Source: a virus. From it: a DNA stretch of 64,000 nucleotides. The stretch lies in IMG/VR virus record IMGVR_UViG_3300042562_001017, positions 17,086-81,085 of that record. One strand, given 5' to 3'. A program made the position numbers and the translations under genes. The number at the start of each line of letters is the position of its first letter. Within the stretch, counting starts at the first letter, position 1. This document shows, piece by piece, positions 8,108 to 18,758 of the stretch. A model generated the notes under the pieces. It saw only the letters and a program-made list of their open reading frames with translations. It had not been told where the DNA came from and did no database searches.

Positions 8108-10146
8108 TGTTTGATGTAAGTTTTAGTCATATTAATACTCAAGAATTTTCTCCTGAAGCTACTAGATTTAGATTAAATAGTTTAAAAGGAAATCCATGTT
8201 ATATAGATGAACCTAAAAACAGTTTAGCTTGGAAAGAGTATTGGGATTTGCAACAACATTATTGTATGAATGGTTATTCTGTAGGAGGAGTTAGAATTAC
8301 AGGAGAACATTATTTTTATCTTAACTTTTGTCAAATTAAATTAACTGCTGTTGGTAATAATGAAGAAAAAGTTAGTAAAAAGAAAGTAGAAAAACAAGTT
8401 ACTTTTCCTGCATTTTGGGATAGTGACTGGTTTTACTTTACTGAATGTGAAGTAGCTAGAGAAGCAGGTGAGCATATGATTATTCTTAAACCTAGAAGGA
8501 GAGGATATTCATATAAGAATGCAGCTAAGTGCGCATACATGTATAGCTTTACTCGTTCATCTACTTCACTTATTGTAGCAGAATTATCTACATATTCTGA
8601 AGAAACAATGGGTATGGCTGTAAACTATTTAAATTTTTTACAACAATATACAGATTTTGGAAAGAACAGATTAGTTAACAAACCTAAAGAAGAAATAGAA
8701 AGTGGTTTTGAAGAAAACGGAATTAAGTTAGGTTTTAGAAGTAAAATACTTGCGTTTACAACAAAAACTAATGCAGGTATTCTTAGAGGAAAAGATGCTA
8801 ACATTGTTCTTTTTGAAGAAGCAGGAACATTTGGAAATCTCTTAGCTACATATAATGCAACTAAAGCTCTTGTTCAAGAAGGTACTAACGTATCAGGACA
8901 AATGTTTGTTTTTGGAACTGGTGGTGATTTTGCTGGAGGTCAAGTAGATTTTGAAAAAATGTTTTATGACCCTGAAACATATGGGTTTAGAGCATATCAA
9001 AATATATATGATGAAGGAAAAAGCAATACAACAATAGGTTATTTTCTTCCAGATTATTATTCTAAAGGTGGTTTTATAAGTAATGGTATATCTGAAATAG
9101 AATCAGCTAAAGCATCTATTGAACAAGAAGTTGAAAGACTTAAAAGAAGTTCAAAAGATAGAAATGCTCTTGATGCATATCTTGCAGAATTTCCTAGAAC
9201 TCCTCAAGAAGCTTTTATTAAAATGGGAACTAACATTTTTCCTAAAGCTGAACTAAATCAACAGATTAATGAAATACGTAGTCGTAAAGAATTACAACAT
9301 TTAGGTGTCACAGGTATATTTTATACAGATACAGATGGTAAAGTTAAATTTGAATTAAAAGATGATTTAAAACCTATACTTAATTATCCTTACAAACCTG
9401 ATGTAGATGGAGAGGGTTGTGTTATTATGTATCAACCTCCTTTTAAAATGAATGGTCACGTTCCTGATGATTTGTATTATATAGCTGTTGACCCTTATGC
9501 TATTGATAAAGGAAAAGATAAAAAACTTACTAAAAGAGACTCTTTGGGTTCAGCTTTTGTTTTTAAAAGAATAAATAATTTTTCTAAACCTTTTGATTTA
9601 ATTGTATGTGAGTATGTAGCTAGACCAGAAAGACATGATGATTTTAATAAAACTTTATTTGATATGGCTGAACATTACAATTGTAAAATTGTATATGAAA
9701 ATGATAGAGATGGCGATATAGAATCTTATGCTAGGATTAATAAAAAGTTACACAGATTAGAAGTTGAACTTACAGTTTATGATAGTAGTGACGCTCCACG
9801 TAAGCAATTAGGAAGACGTTATGGTGTAAGTATGAGTAACTTAGAAGTTAAAAAGACAGCAGTAAGTTATTTGAAAGATTGGCTATTAGCACCTAGAGAT
9901 AAAGATTTAAATGGAGTTCAAGAATTAAATCTTCATAAGATTTATAGTATTCCTTTACTTGAAGAAATTATTAAATTTGACTATCAAGGTAACTTTGATA
10001 GAGTTTCTGCAATGCTTGTAGCAATGCTTTATAAAAAAGAATTATTACTCAAACCACCAGTAAGTGAAAGAAAAACTTCAATCTATGAAGATGAATTTTT
10101 TAGAAGGTTTGATACAGAATTTGGTAAAAATGAATTGAATCTTTAA
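8107..10146 (+). CDS. terL: terminase large subunit
   Basis: Walker A-like KPRRRGYSY, Walker B VLFEEAG, GTGG coupling motif, nuclease IAVDPY and NFDRVSA. Confidence 0.95.
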   Translation: MFDVSFSHINTQEFSPEATRFRLNSLKGNPCYIDEPKNSLAWKEYWDLQQHYCMNGYSVGGVRITGEHYFYLNFCQIKLTAVGNNEEKVSKKKVEKQVTFPAFWDSDWFYFTECEVAREAGEHMIILKPRRRGYSYKNAAKCAYMYSFTRSSTSLIVAELSTYSEETMGMAVNYLNFLQQYTDFGKNRLVNKPKEEIESGFEENGIKLGFRSKILAFTTKTNAGILRGKDANIVLFEEAGTFGNLLATYNATKALVQEGTNVSGQMFVFGTGGDFAGGQVDFEKMFYDPETYGFRAYQNIYDEGKSNTTIGYFLPDYYSKGGFISNGISEIESAKASIEQEVERLKRSSKDRNALDAYLAEFPRTPQEAFIKMGTNIFPKAELNQQINEIRSRKELQHLGVTGIFYTDTDGKVKFELKDDLKPILNYPYKPDVDGEGCVIMYQPPFKMNGHVPDDLYYIAVDPYAIDKGKDKKLTKRDSLGSAFVFKRINNFSKPFDLIVCEYVARPERHDDFNKTLFDMAEHYNCKIVYENDRDGDIESYARINKKLHRLEVELTVYDSSDAPRKQLGRRYGVSMSNLEVKKTAVSYLKDWLLAPRDKDLNGVQELNLHKIYSIPLLEEIIKFDYQGNFDRVSAMLVAMLYKKELLLKPPVSERKTSIYEDEFFRRFDTEFGKNELNL

Positions 10147-10151
10147 CTTTG
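10120..10151 (+). promoter_or_regulatory. Bacteroidota sigma70-type promoter for portal
   Basis: TTTG (10120-10123), 20-nt spacer, TAACTTTG (10144-10151). Confidence 0.7.
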
Positions 10152-10168
10152 TAAATTAAATCGAAATA

Positions 10169-12502
10169 ATGAAAAATACTAATCAAGTAGGAATGCTGTT
10201 TGATATACCAAATCAAAATATATCTTATGCTGAAAAAATAAAAGATGATTTTGCTTGGAGTAAAATAACAATTAATGCTATAATAGGCAGGTCTACTTTT
10301 ACAACTAATAGTCAAAAAATTTGGATAAAAAAATTATATGATTATTATAATGGTAATATTCATACAGACGATTATAAATTAATTACAGAACCTTTTGGTA
10401 AACCTATGGAAGGTAGTTGGGGTGATGTAGAAAGTTATCCTATTATTAAAACTAAAGTTGATTTACTACGTTCTGAATATAATAAGCGTCCTAAAAAAGA
10501 TATGGTTTATGTAGTTAACGAAGATGTCGTTACTAACATGACTGAATCTTTAAATGAAGAGATTAACAAAAGCTTAGAATCTTTATTTGTAAATAAGCTT
10601 AATGAATTAGGTGTTCCTACAGGAGTTGAATCACAAGAAGTAGAATTACCTGAAAGGGTTAAGGAAAATTTTGAATCTACTTATTTAGACAAAAGAGCTA
10701 TCATTGGTCAAAACGCAATTAACTATATTAAAGTTCAACAACATTTAGATGAAAAATTAGATTTAAATTTCTTTCATTGGTTAGTAAGTGGAGAAATTTA
10801 TTCTCATAAAGATGTAGTTCATAACGAAGTTGTTTATGAAACAGTTAACCCACTTGATATAGATTTTGATAAAGACCCTGATATACAATTTGTTGAAGAT
10901 GGAGATTGGGTTGTAAGACGTAAATATATGCATCCTTCTTCTATTATAGATACATTCTATGATATTCTTGATGAAGACCAAATTAAAATGATTGATACTT
11001 TAGCTGTATCAGGACCAGCACTTACTTCTAACTCTTCTATATTTTATGATAGAAGTTTGAACAACAAAATGTGGTCTAGGTTAATTGAAGTAATGCATGT
11101 ATGTTGGAAATCACGTAAACAAATTGGTATTGTAGAGTTTATGGATGAGATGGGTCAATTTCAATCTTTAGAAGTTGATGAATCATATAAAGCAACTCCT
11201 GACCAAAAAGTTACATGGCATTGGGTAAGTGAAGTATGGGAAGGTTATAGAATAGGTTTAACAATGTTTGTTAAAATGAGAGCTTTACCTAATCAAAGAG
11301 GTAACTTAGATAATCTATCTAAATGTAAATTACCTTATAATGGTAGAATTATGTCTAACGTAAATTCTACAAATATATCTTTAGTTTCTTTAGGAGTACC
11401 TTATCAGACTTTATATAATGCTACTTTTCATCGTCTTAAATTAGCTATGGCTAAAATGAAAGATGATATGGCGTTAATTGATATTAACTGGAAACCTTTA
11501 GGTTGGTCAATGGATAAATGGTTAGAATATGCTGATAGAGTAAGTATGTTGTTTGTTGATTACAGTAAAGATTCAGTTAAAATGAATAATACTCACCAAA
11601 CAAGACTTCAGTTAGCTTCTCAAACTATTAGAATGTACACAGATTTATTAGCATTTATTAAAAATGAATGGGAAGAAGTTTGTGGTATAACAAGACAAAG
11701 AGAAGGTCAAGTTCAATCTTCTGAAACTGTAGGTGGTGTAGAAAGAGCAGTATTACAAAGTTCTTTAATTACTGAAACTTACTTTACTCTTTTTGAACAA
11801 TTTAAGAAAAGAGATTTAGAAGGCTTAATTGATTATTCTAAAATAGCTTGGATTAATGGTAAAAAAGGAAGCTATGTAATGCCTGATTCTACTAGTATAG
11901 TTTATATGGACGTTAATGGAATTGAGCATTGTGAAACTGAGTATGGTATTGCTATATCTAATTCAAGCAAAGAACAAGAAAGAGCTAATACAATTAAACA
12001 ACTTGCTCAACCAATGATGCAAAATGGTATTGCTGCTTCTACTATTGCTGAAGTATTAGATTCAGAAACTATATCTCAAGCTAAAGTTAAACTTAAAGTT
12101 GCTGAACGTAAGTTACAAGAATACAATCAATTAGTAGCTCAACAAGCACAAGAAGGTGAAATGGCTATGGCTGATAAACAAAAAGAAGTTATTGAATTAC
12201 AACATCAGTATAACTTAGAAGCTATTGATAGAAAAGGAGAATGGGATTTACGTAAGACTGAACTTACTGCATTAGGTATGGACGAAGGTGACGATAATGT
12301 TGCTATTCAAGAATCTATGATTGAAGCTGGTTTAAAAGAAAGAGAATTAGCTTTAAAGAATAAACAAATTGACTCTAATATTATGAATGATTTGTCTAGA
12401 CAACAGCATGAAAAACAAATGAAAGAAAAAGAAATGCAGTTAAAAAGAGAAGAGATGAAAAGTAAAGAAAAAATTGCAAGTAAAAGACCTAAAGGTAAGT
12501 AG
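10169..12502 (+). CDS. portal protein
   Basis: 777 aa after terL; crAss-type segments WVSEVWEG, KLPYNGR and GITRQREG; C-terminal coiled coil. Confidence 0.9.
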   Translation: MKNTNQVGMLFDIPNQNISYAEKIKDDFAWSKITINAIIGRSTFTTNSQKIWIKKLYDYYNGNIHTDDYKLITEPFGKPMEGSWGDVESYPIIKTKVDLLRSEYNKRPKKDMVYVVNEDVVTNMTESLNEEINKSLESLFVNKLNELGVPTGVESQEVELPERVKENFESTYLDKRAIIGQNAINYIKVQQHLDEKLDLNFFHWLVSGEIYSHKDVVHNEVVYETVNPLDIDFDKDPDIQFVEDGDWVVRRKYMHPSSIIDTFYDILDEDQIKMIDTLAVSGPALTSNSSIFYDRSLNNKMWSRLIEVMHVCWKSRKQIGIVEFMDEMGQFQSLEVDESYKATPDQKVTWHWVSEVWEGYRIGLTMFVKMRALPNQRGNLDNLSKCKLPYNGRIMSNVNSTNISLVSLGVPYQTLYNATFHRLKLAMAKMKDDMALIDINWKPLGWSMDKWLEYADRVSMLFVDYSKDSVKMNNTHQTRLQLASQTIRMYTDLLAFIKNEWEEVCGITRQREGQVQSSETVGGVERAVLQSSLITETYFTLFEQFKKRDLEGLIDYSKIAWINGKKGSYVMPDSTSIVYMDVNGIEHCETEYGIAISNSSKEQERANTIKQLAQPMMQNGIAASTIAEVLDSETISQAKVKLKVAERKLQEYNQLVAQQAQEGEMAMADKQKEVIELQHQYNLEAIDRKGEWDLRKTELTALGMDEGDDNVAIQESMIEAGLKERELALKNKQIDSNIMNDLSRQQHEKQMKEKEMQLKREEMKSKEKIASKRPKGK

Positions 12503-12554
12503 TGTTATATATATAAGAGAAATTAAAACTTAATAAAACAATAAAATAACAAAT

Positions 12555-12562
12555 TAACTTTG
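12555..12562 (+). promoter_or_regulatory. Bacteroidota -7 box TAACTTTG
   Basis: Intergenic, 9 nt before ATG 12572. Confidence 0.55.
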
Positions 12563-12571
12563 TATTAGAAA

Positions 12572-13648
12572 ATGACAGACACGATTGAAAACGAAGGGTT
12601 AGACGAATTAGATTTTGATATATCTAAAGTAGACGTAAACCCGACAGGAGTTGTTCCAAAAACGGAACTAGACCCTGAACCAGAAGAAGCTCCAGAAGCT
12701 CAACCAGAACCTAAAAGAGGTAGACCTAAAAAAGTTGAAAAACCTGTAGAGCCTGAACCTGAGCCAGAACCTGAAACAGAATTAGACGAAGAAGAACCTA
12801 AAGCTACTTCTAATTTATTTTCTACTTTAGCTGAAACTTTAGAGCTAGATTTAGAAGAAGAATTTGAAGAAACTGAAGAAGGTCTTTCTGCATTTGTTCA
12901 AAGTGCTGCTGATAAACTAGCAGACAAAAAATTGAATGGATGGTTAGAAAGTTTACCTGAAGTAGGTTCTAATTTTTTTGATTATCTTCAGATGTTAGGC
13001 CCTGATGCTAAAGAAGAAGATATACAAAAGTTCTTTAGTTCAGTTAAACCAGAAATTGATTACAAGTCAATTGATTTAACTAATGAAGATGCGCAAAAAG
13101 CTGTAATGCGTACCTTCTATAAAAAGATGGATTATGATGATAATGAAGTTAAAGATGCTATTGAAGATTTAGAGATAGCTGGTACTTTAGAAAAATCATC
13201 AAAAGTTGCTTCAACTAAATTAGCTGCTTCTCAAGAAAAAGAAAGAGCTGCTTTAATTGAAAAAACAAAAGCTGAAGATACAGTTAAAAGACAAAAGATA
13301 CAAGAATATTGGAACACAATAGATTCTACTATTAAAGGTGGTAGAGTTCATAGTTTTAATATTCCAGTTGCAGAACAAAAAGCTATGTTGGAATATATGT
13401 CAAGACCAACTAAAGCTGGAGTTCCACAACTACAAGAAGATTTAAATAATATGAATGTTGAAGATAGAATAGCTTTAGCAATCGCAGTAAAAAATAAATT
13501 TAACTTAGGTAAATATATTACTGCTGCTGTTAAAACTCAATCTGCTCAAACATTAAAAGAAAGATTAGCTTCAGGACAAACTAGATTAAAAAATGGTAAT
13601 GTTCCTAAGAGTGGTCTTTCAGATGATATATTATTTGATATAAAATAA
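12572..13648 (+). CDS. putative capsid scaffolding protein
   Basis: Acidic E/P-rich N-terminus, helical remainder, located between portal and MCP. Confidence 0.75.
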   Translation: MTDTIENEGLDELDFDISKVDVNPTGVVPKTELDPEPEEAPEAQPEPKRGRPKKVEKPVEPEPEPEPETELDEEEPKATSNLFSTLAETLELDLEEEFEETEEGLSAFVQSAADKLADKKLNGWLESLPEVGSNFFDYLQMLGPDAKEEDIQKFFSSVKPEIDYKSIDLTNEDAQKAVMRTFYKKMDYDDNEVKDAIEDLEIAGTLEKSSKVASTKLAASQEKERAALIEKTKAEDTVKRQKIQEYWNTIDSTIKGGRVHSFNIPVAEQKAMLEYMSRPTKAGVPQLQEDLNNMNVEDRIALAIAVKNKFNLGKYITAAVKTQSAQTLKERLASGQTRLKNGNVPKSGLSDDILFDIK

Positions 13649-13676
13649 ACACTTTAAAAAAACAAATAAATAAAAA

Positions 13677-15125
13677 ATGGCACAATTTCTAACAGACCAA
13701 GTGTGGAATGAACAAATGAAAAGCAATGATGCTTCTTTCGCTCGTTTAATTAACTCACAACCTGACAAAATCGCTCCTGTACTCACACATATGATGGGTC
13801 AAGAGAGTTCACGTTTCCCTCTTATGTACCTTTCTGAAGGTATGCAAGCTATTCAAGAAGTAGATGGTGACGAATTCGAGTATGATGTAATTGGACGTAT
13901 GATGAAAGCAGTTCCTTTACAAGCTCCTCCTACTGGTTCTTATTCTACATCTTTCGGTGTATCTGGAACTGAAGCAACTTTATTCTTCAACGAAGGTATT
14001 TTCCCTGTAGGATATACTATTCTTTCTCCTTTAGGTTATCAATTACGTATTACTAGTAGAGATAACGCTAACGGTAACTGGGCTTACAAAGTAAAATTAG
14101 TAGCTAAAAATCTTTCTGAAACTTTACCTGCAAGTGAATTAGCAACTGGTGCGTTATACGCTTCTGGTTGGAACTCGGTAGCAAGTTTTGGTTCATTCGG
14201 TTCACTTTCTACTAGCACTGCTCCTGTTAAAGTACGTGGTGATGTAGGTACTATTCGTAAAGGTTACGCTTATGAAGGTAACATTAAGTATCGTAAAGCT
14301 AAAACTGTACAATTAGACACTAAAGGTGGAGGTACTAAAGAAATGTATTGGCCTTACGAAGAGTATCAGCATAACTTAAGTTTCCGTATTGAATGTGAAA
14401 CTAACTACTGGTATTCAAAATCTAATCGTGATGCTTATGGTGTTATCAATGAGCGTGACGAACAAGGTAATCCTATTGTAAGGGGTTCAGGTATGTTTGA
14501 GCAAATCTCTAATAAAGATACTTATGGTACTTTAACTGCTGATAAAATTGACCAAACAATTCGTGATACTTTCTACGGTATGAGTGATGCTGAAAATAAA
14601 GTAATTACTCTTTTCACTGGTGTGGGTGGACGTATGGCTTTTGATAATGCAATGAAAGCTGAATTGTCAAATAGAGGTTACATCAAGTTAACTGACAACA
14701 AATTCGTTGGTGGTTCTGGATATAACTTGAGCTTAGGTGGTTTCTTTGATACATATCAACATGTTGATGGTTACAAAGTTATTATCAAAACTGCTTCTCT
14801 TTTTGATAACGGACCTCAAGCTTTAGCCAGTCCTAAACATCCTAACTATCCTAACTTACCTCTTGAGTCTTTCCGTATGGCTTTCACAGATACTTCTACT
14901 TATGATGGTATGAGTAACTTAGTTATGGTAAGCAAAAAAGGACGTAGTATGTTACGTGGTATGGTAAAAGGTATCAACGAAGCTGCTTCTGGAACTAGTT
15001 TCTCAGCTAATGATACTATTTCTACTGATAAAGACGGTAGTTCAGTACATTTCTTAAAAGCTGGTCAAGTTGTACTTAGAAGGTTTAACACTTCTATCGA
15101 CTTAACTTGTACAGCAGGTTTATAG
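13677..15125 (+). CDS. major capsid protein
   Basis: 482 aa, canonical position, highly biased codon use, followed by a strong terminator. Confidence 0.9.
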   Translation: MAQFLTDQVWNEQMKSNDASFARLINSQPDKIAPVLTHMMGQESSRFPLMYLSEGMQAIQEVDGDEFEYDVIGRMMKAVPLQAPPTGSYSTSFGVSGTEATLFFNEGIFPVGYTILSPLGYQLRITSRDNANGNWAYKVKLVAKNLSETLPASELATGALYASGWNSVASFGSFGSLSTSTAPVKVRGDVGTIRKGYAYEGNIKYRKAKTVQLDTKGGGTKEMYWPYEEYQHNLSFRIECETNYWYSKSNRDAYGVINERDEQGNPIVRGSGMFEQISNKDTYGTLTADKIDQTIRDTFYGMSDAENKVITLFTGVGGRMAFDNAMKAELSNRGYIKLTDNKFVGGSGYNLSLGGFFDTYQHVDGYKVIIKTASLFDNGPQALASPKHPNYPNLPLESFRMAFTDTSTYDGMSNLVMVSKKGRSMLRGMVKGINEAASGTSFSANDTISTDKDGSSVHFLKAGQVVLRRFNTSIDLTCTAGL

Positions 15126-15133
15126 TTTTAAAT

Positions 15134-15170
15134 AAGTGAGGGAGAGTAAAATCTCTCTCACTTTATTTTT
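15134..15170 (+). terminator. intrinsic terminator after MCP
   Basis: AAGTGAGGGAGA-GTAAAA-TCTCTCTCACTT followed by TATTTTT. Confidence 0.8.
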
Positions 15171-15215
15171 AAATAAACTAAAATTAAAAACAATTAAAAT
15201 AAAACGATAAAGAAA

Positions 15216-16094
15216 ATGAAAACGATTAAGATTCAAAGAAAAGAAGTACGAAGACATGGCGTACACATTAGTTTAACTCAAGAAAGGTCTGCTACAATTG
15301 GTGGATTTCTTTTAAAGTCTGGTGCAGTAGGCACAGGTATTACATTTGAAGAAATGAAAAAATGGATGCCAGGAGTTTTAGGAGTAGAAAGTACTGACCC
15401 TAAATTTAGACAAGAGGTAAACAGGTATTTTAACAATATTATGATTACTGTTCCTTATGAAGGAAAAGAACTTAATATTACAATTGATGAAAATGGTGAA
15501 CCTGAAGTATTGGAAGATTATTTGAGATATAAGTTTTGTTTGCAACATCCTAAAGTAGCTGATTCAAAAGTTTCTGCTGATGTTGACCAATACAAAGAAT
15601 ATTATATTGAAGACCAAGCTTTAGAATTAACTAAACGTACAACTAAACTTAAATCAAAAACTAATGCTACAATTAAATTTGCAGAATTAATTAATGATGA
15701 AGTGAAACTTGATTGGGTTCTTAGAGAATTAACTACTAAATATCCAAAAGAATTAGGTTCTATTACAAGACTTACTTCTTTAAGTAGAGAAGAAAAAGAA
15801 CTTAAGGTTTCTGAAATTTTTGATAAAGACCCTGAATACTTTATGAGTGTCGTATCTGACCCAGACTTGTTATTCAAAGCACAAATTGCTTCAATGGTTG
15901 AAAGTCAAATTATTCAAAAAGTAGGTAACGAGTATGTTTATGGTTCTGAACCATTAGGTAATTTAGATGCATCTATTGCTTATTTAAAGAATCCTAATAA
16001 CTCCGAAGCTTATGTTATTATGTTAGCTAAACTTAATAATATGGGAATTGGTTTTAGACAAAAAGAAACTAAAAAAGTAGAAAAAACAAAATAA
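15216..16094 (+). CDS. conserved crAss-like protein downstream of MCP (gene 75-like)
   Basis: Synteny; DYLRYKFCLQHPKVA segment. Confidence 0.65.
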   Translation: MKTIKIQRKEVRRHGVHISLTQERSATIGGFLLKSGAVGTGITFEEMKKWMPGVLGVESTDPKFRQEVNRYFNNIMITVPYEGKELNITIDENGEPEVLEDYLRYKFCLQHPKVADSKVSADVDQYKEYYIEDQALELTKRTTKLKSKTNATIKFAELINDEVKLDWVLRELTTKYPKELGSITRLTSLSREEKELKVSEIFDKDPEYFMSVVSDPDLLFKAQIASMVESQIIQKVGNEYVYGSEPLGNLDASIAYLKNPNNSEAYVIMLAKLNNMGIGFRQKETKKVEKTK

Positions 16095-16099
16095 AAAAT

Positions 16100-16123
16100 C
16101 TTTCCGAGAGCAATCTCGGAAAG
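16100..16123 (+). other. perfect GNRA hairpin upstream of the tRNA
   Basis: CTTTCCGAGA-GCAA-TCTCGGAAAG. Confidence 0.8.
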
Positions 16124-16128
16124 TATAT

Positions 16129-16200
16129 TGTGGGGTAGAGAAGTGGCATCTCATTAGGCTCATAACCTAAAGTTCGTTGGTTCGATTCCAGCTCCCGCAA
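16129..16200 (+). tRNA. tRNA-Met(CAT), initiator-like
   Basis: Cloverleaf: TGTGGGG/TCCCGCA acceptor, GAGA/TCTC D stem, TTAGG-CTCATAA-CCTAA anticodon arm, GTTGG-TTCGATT-CCAGC T arm; no encoded CCA. Confidence 0.92.
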
Positions 16201-16213
16201 CAATTTAAATACT

Positions 16214-17275
16214 ATGAATATAAAAGAAATGCATACGTCTATTGCTACTGAAATGAATAAAATCAATTCAGCTTTGTTTGAGAACATTCTTGAACAAGAG
16301 GTAGACTTTGCACTTAACAATAGTATTTTAAGATTTATAAAACAAAGATATAATGCTACTTCAAATCTAAAAGGTAAAGGATTTGAGATGAGTCAAAAAA
16401 GAATTGATGACCTTAGAACTTTAGTTACTAATTATTCAGCTAAAGCATTCTTACCTGTTTCTTTTGACCCAGACATAAATGAAAAAGTAGTTTTTTATTT
16501 TCCTGGTGATTATATGTTTGCAGTAAATTCTAGATTTAAAGTTGCAGAAAATGATTGTGGTACTTTTACTTATGCTTCTGCTAGTTTAACTACAAACATA
16601 AGTACTTTTGATTTTAGCTTAGTTACTGATTGGACATTATTTAGATTAAAAAATCTTACTAGTGGTTATGTATTAAATTTAGGTTCTGGAGCTAGTAACT
16701 ATAATACTACTGAAGATTTAACTTTTGTTATTAGAATTATTTTACAAAAGTTAAGAGAGAACTATAACTATTCTGAATATGAATTTTATTATGAATATTA
16801 CAATGGTTCTTATTTTAAGAATCAATTAGTTATTGTAAATAAAACAACTACTACTTGGCAGTATTCTATTGATAATGGAGTTAGTTATGTTAATTTAGCT
16901 ACTTCAAGTAATGTTAAAACACATTATACTAACGCACCTACTATTAGTGTTGCTGGAAAATTAGTTCAAGAAGATGATATATTTGCAATGCAAGTAGACC
17001 CATTTAACAAAACTGTTTCTGATTTTCCTTTATTTTATACATCTAACTACAACTTTAACATATACATAGATAGAAATATTTTTGTTGTAACAGATGTTAT
17101 TTTGTCTTATCTTCGCACCCCAAGAACTGTATCGTATTTTCTTAATCAAGATTGTGATTTACCAGACCACACACATCCTGAAATAGTAAGTATGACAGTT
17201 GATTACCTTCTAGAAGCAGTGCAAGCTGGTGATAGATATAAAACGCATCAAGAAATTGTTGCAACTAATGAATAA
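16214..17275 (+). CDS. head-tail connector/ring protein (gene 74-like)
   Basis: GFEMSQKRIDDL and YLRTP...CDLPDHTHPEIV motifs typical of crAss ring proteins. Confidence 0.7.
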   Translation: MNIKEMHTSIATEMNKINSALFENILEQEVDFALNNSILRFIKQRYNATSNLKGKGFEMSQKRIDDLRTLVTNYSAKAFLPVSFDPDINEKVVFYFPGDYMFAVNSRFKVAENDCGTFTYASASLTTNISTFDFSLVTDWTLFRLKNLTSGYVLNLGSGASNYNTTEDLTFVIRIILQKLRENYNYSEYEFYYEYYNGSYFKNQLVIVNKTTTTWQYSIDNGVSYVNLATSSNVKTHYTNAPTISVAGKLVQEDDIFAMQVDPFNKTVSDFPLFYTSNYNFNIYIDRNIFVVTDVILSYLRTPRTVSYFLNQDCDLPDHTHPEIVSMTVDYLLEAVQAGDRYKTHQEIVATNE

Positions 17276-17312
17276 TTTTTTTTAATTAATAACAAATAAA
17301 CAAAACAAAACA

Positions 17313-18650
17313 ATGTCAAAGACTGTTTTATTCGGAAATGCCGCAGCTTACTCAGCTAAAGCAAACCCTGCCCTTTTAGCTTCTGGAGAAATTGGAATTT
17401 ACTCTATCGCTGAAACTGGTGCTTTTACACTAATTACTACTACTTGTAGTGCTGCTCAAAAGCAATTGCCTATTATGATTGCTCAAGGTGGAGTTACTGG
17501 TGGTAATTTTAAAAGTGTAATTATCTATCCTAACGGTATCGTTAAGGCTGGTGCTACTGCATTACCTTACGTTGCTGCTGTACCTAATGTTGATATTGTA
17601 GGTTATGCTGGTTCTGGTTCAGACACTATTCAAGCTAGTGTTGCTGGAACTTACAACTTAACTATAACAAACACTTCTTTAGGAACTGTTCCAATGCCAT
17701 TTAACTTGGCTTCTTTGTATTACCAAAACGCTGCTCAAGCAACTCCTTTTCAGGTAGCTTACGATTGGGCTAAAGCTGTTAACGGTAAAACATTAAATGC
17801 TTCTTTGTTTCCTTATGACAGATTTGTGTTTGCTTCAGTTTTAACTAACCAAGCTTCAACTCAATTAGTAACTTCAGCTCCTGCAAACGTAACTGGTACA
17901 TTTGTAAATGGTTCAACTAGTGTAACTTTATCTGGTTCAACTGCTGGTGGTACTACTCCATTGTCAGTAGGTAGTTTTATTCGTGTAGGTCATGCAACTA
18001 CTACTACTTTACCTGTTTACAAAATTGCTTCAATGCCATCAGCTACAAGTATCATTCTTGATGCTCCTTACGTAAACGAAAGTTTAACTGTTGGTGCTAC
18101 TGTTGCTACTGTTGCTTTAGGTAGATTAGATGCTGCTCCTGATGTTAGTGATTTAGCTGGTGTTAGATTAGCTTCAAGAGGTAACTGGTTTGACGGAAGT
18201 TCATTTACTGAATTAAGACCTAACACTTCTATTGCTACTGGTGTATCTGGAAATGCTTTAGGAACTGTAATTGTTCATAATGGTAGTGCTTCTCAATCTT
18301 ACTTAGCTGCTTCAGGTGCTGTTACTTCAGGTGTTTTCAACATCGGTTATGGTATCGGATATCAAGCTAGAAAGCAAGAACTTCAATGGCAAGGTTACCA
18401 AGGTAACATGAACAGAAGTTTCTTACCTTACGCAGTTCAATATTTCTCTTCAGAAACTTCTTTGTATGATGGTTACTCTGTAATTTACAGAAGTTTTCCT
18501 AATAACGGAGCTAATGATGGAAATGCAAAAGAAGAAATGCATGATGTTCAAATATTCTGTATTAACGCTGGTGGTTCTGGAAGTGTTGCTACTAACGCTT
18601 TAGTAACTGCAAGTATTCCTACAATCTTGAGTTCATACATTAACGCATAG
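17313..18650 (+). CDS. structural protein (auxiliary capsid/gene 73-like)
   Basis: A/T/S/G-rich 445 aa, high-expression codon bias, synteny. Confidence 0.65.
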   Translation: MSKTVLFGNAAAYSAKANPALLASGEIGIYSIAETGAFTLITTTCSAAQKQLPIMIAQGGVTGGNFKSVIIYPNGIVKAGATALPYVAAVPNVDIVGYAGSGSDTIQASVAGTYNLTITNTSLGTVPMPFNLASLYYQNAAQATPFQVAYDWAKAVNGKTLNASLFPYDRFVFASVLTNQASTQLVTSAPANVTGTFVNGSTSVTLSGSTAGGTTPLSVGSFIRVGHATTTTLPVYKIASMPSATSIILDAPYVNESLTVGATVATVALGRLDAAPDVSDLAGVRLASRGNWFDGSSFTELRPNTSIATGVSGNALGTVIVHNGSASQSYLAASGAVTSGVFNIGYGIGYQARKQELQWQGYQGNMNRSFLPYAVQYFSSETSLYDGYSVIYRSFPNNGANDGNAKEEMHDVQIFCINAGGSGSVATNALVTASIPTILSSYINA

Positions 18651-18671
18651 TAAATTCTGATTTTTAATTTT

Positions 18672-18705
18672 AAAAAGCCATTACTTAATTGTAATGGCTT
18701 TTTTT
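18672..18705 (+). terminator. intrinsic terminator
   Basis: AAAAAGCCATTAC-TTAATT-GTAATGGCTTTTTTT. Confidence 0.85.
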
Positions 18706-18732
18706 ATTTATATTTTTTTTTAAAATAAATAC

Positions 18733-18740
18733 TATCTTTG
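18733..18740 (+). promoter_or_regulatory. Bacteroidota -7 box TATCTTTG
   Basis: Directly after a terminator and before ATG 18759. Confidence 0.6.
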
Positions 18741-18758
18741 TAATATAATATTATAAAT

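Noticed and set aside
8107-10146. Intron or intein in terminase (also considered for MCP, RNAP and ThyA)
   Set aside because: The ORFs are continuous and of ordinary length, and I saw no intein splice motifs or embedded endonuclease.
12670-12800. CCTGAA/CCAGAA-type short repeats in the scaffold gene
   Set aside because: Explained by the low-complexity EPEPEP protein linker.
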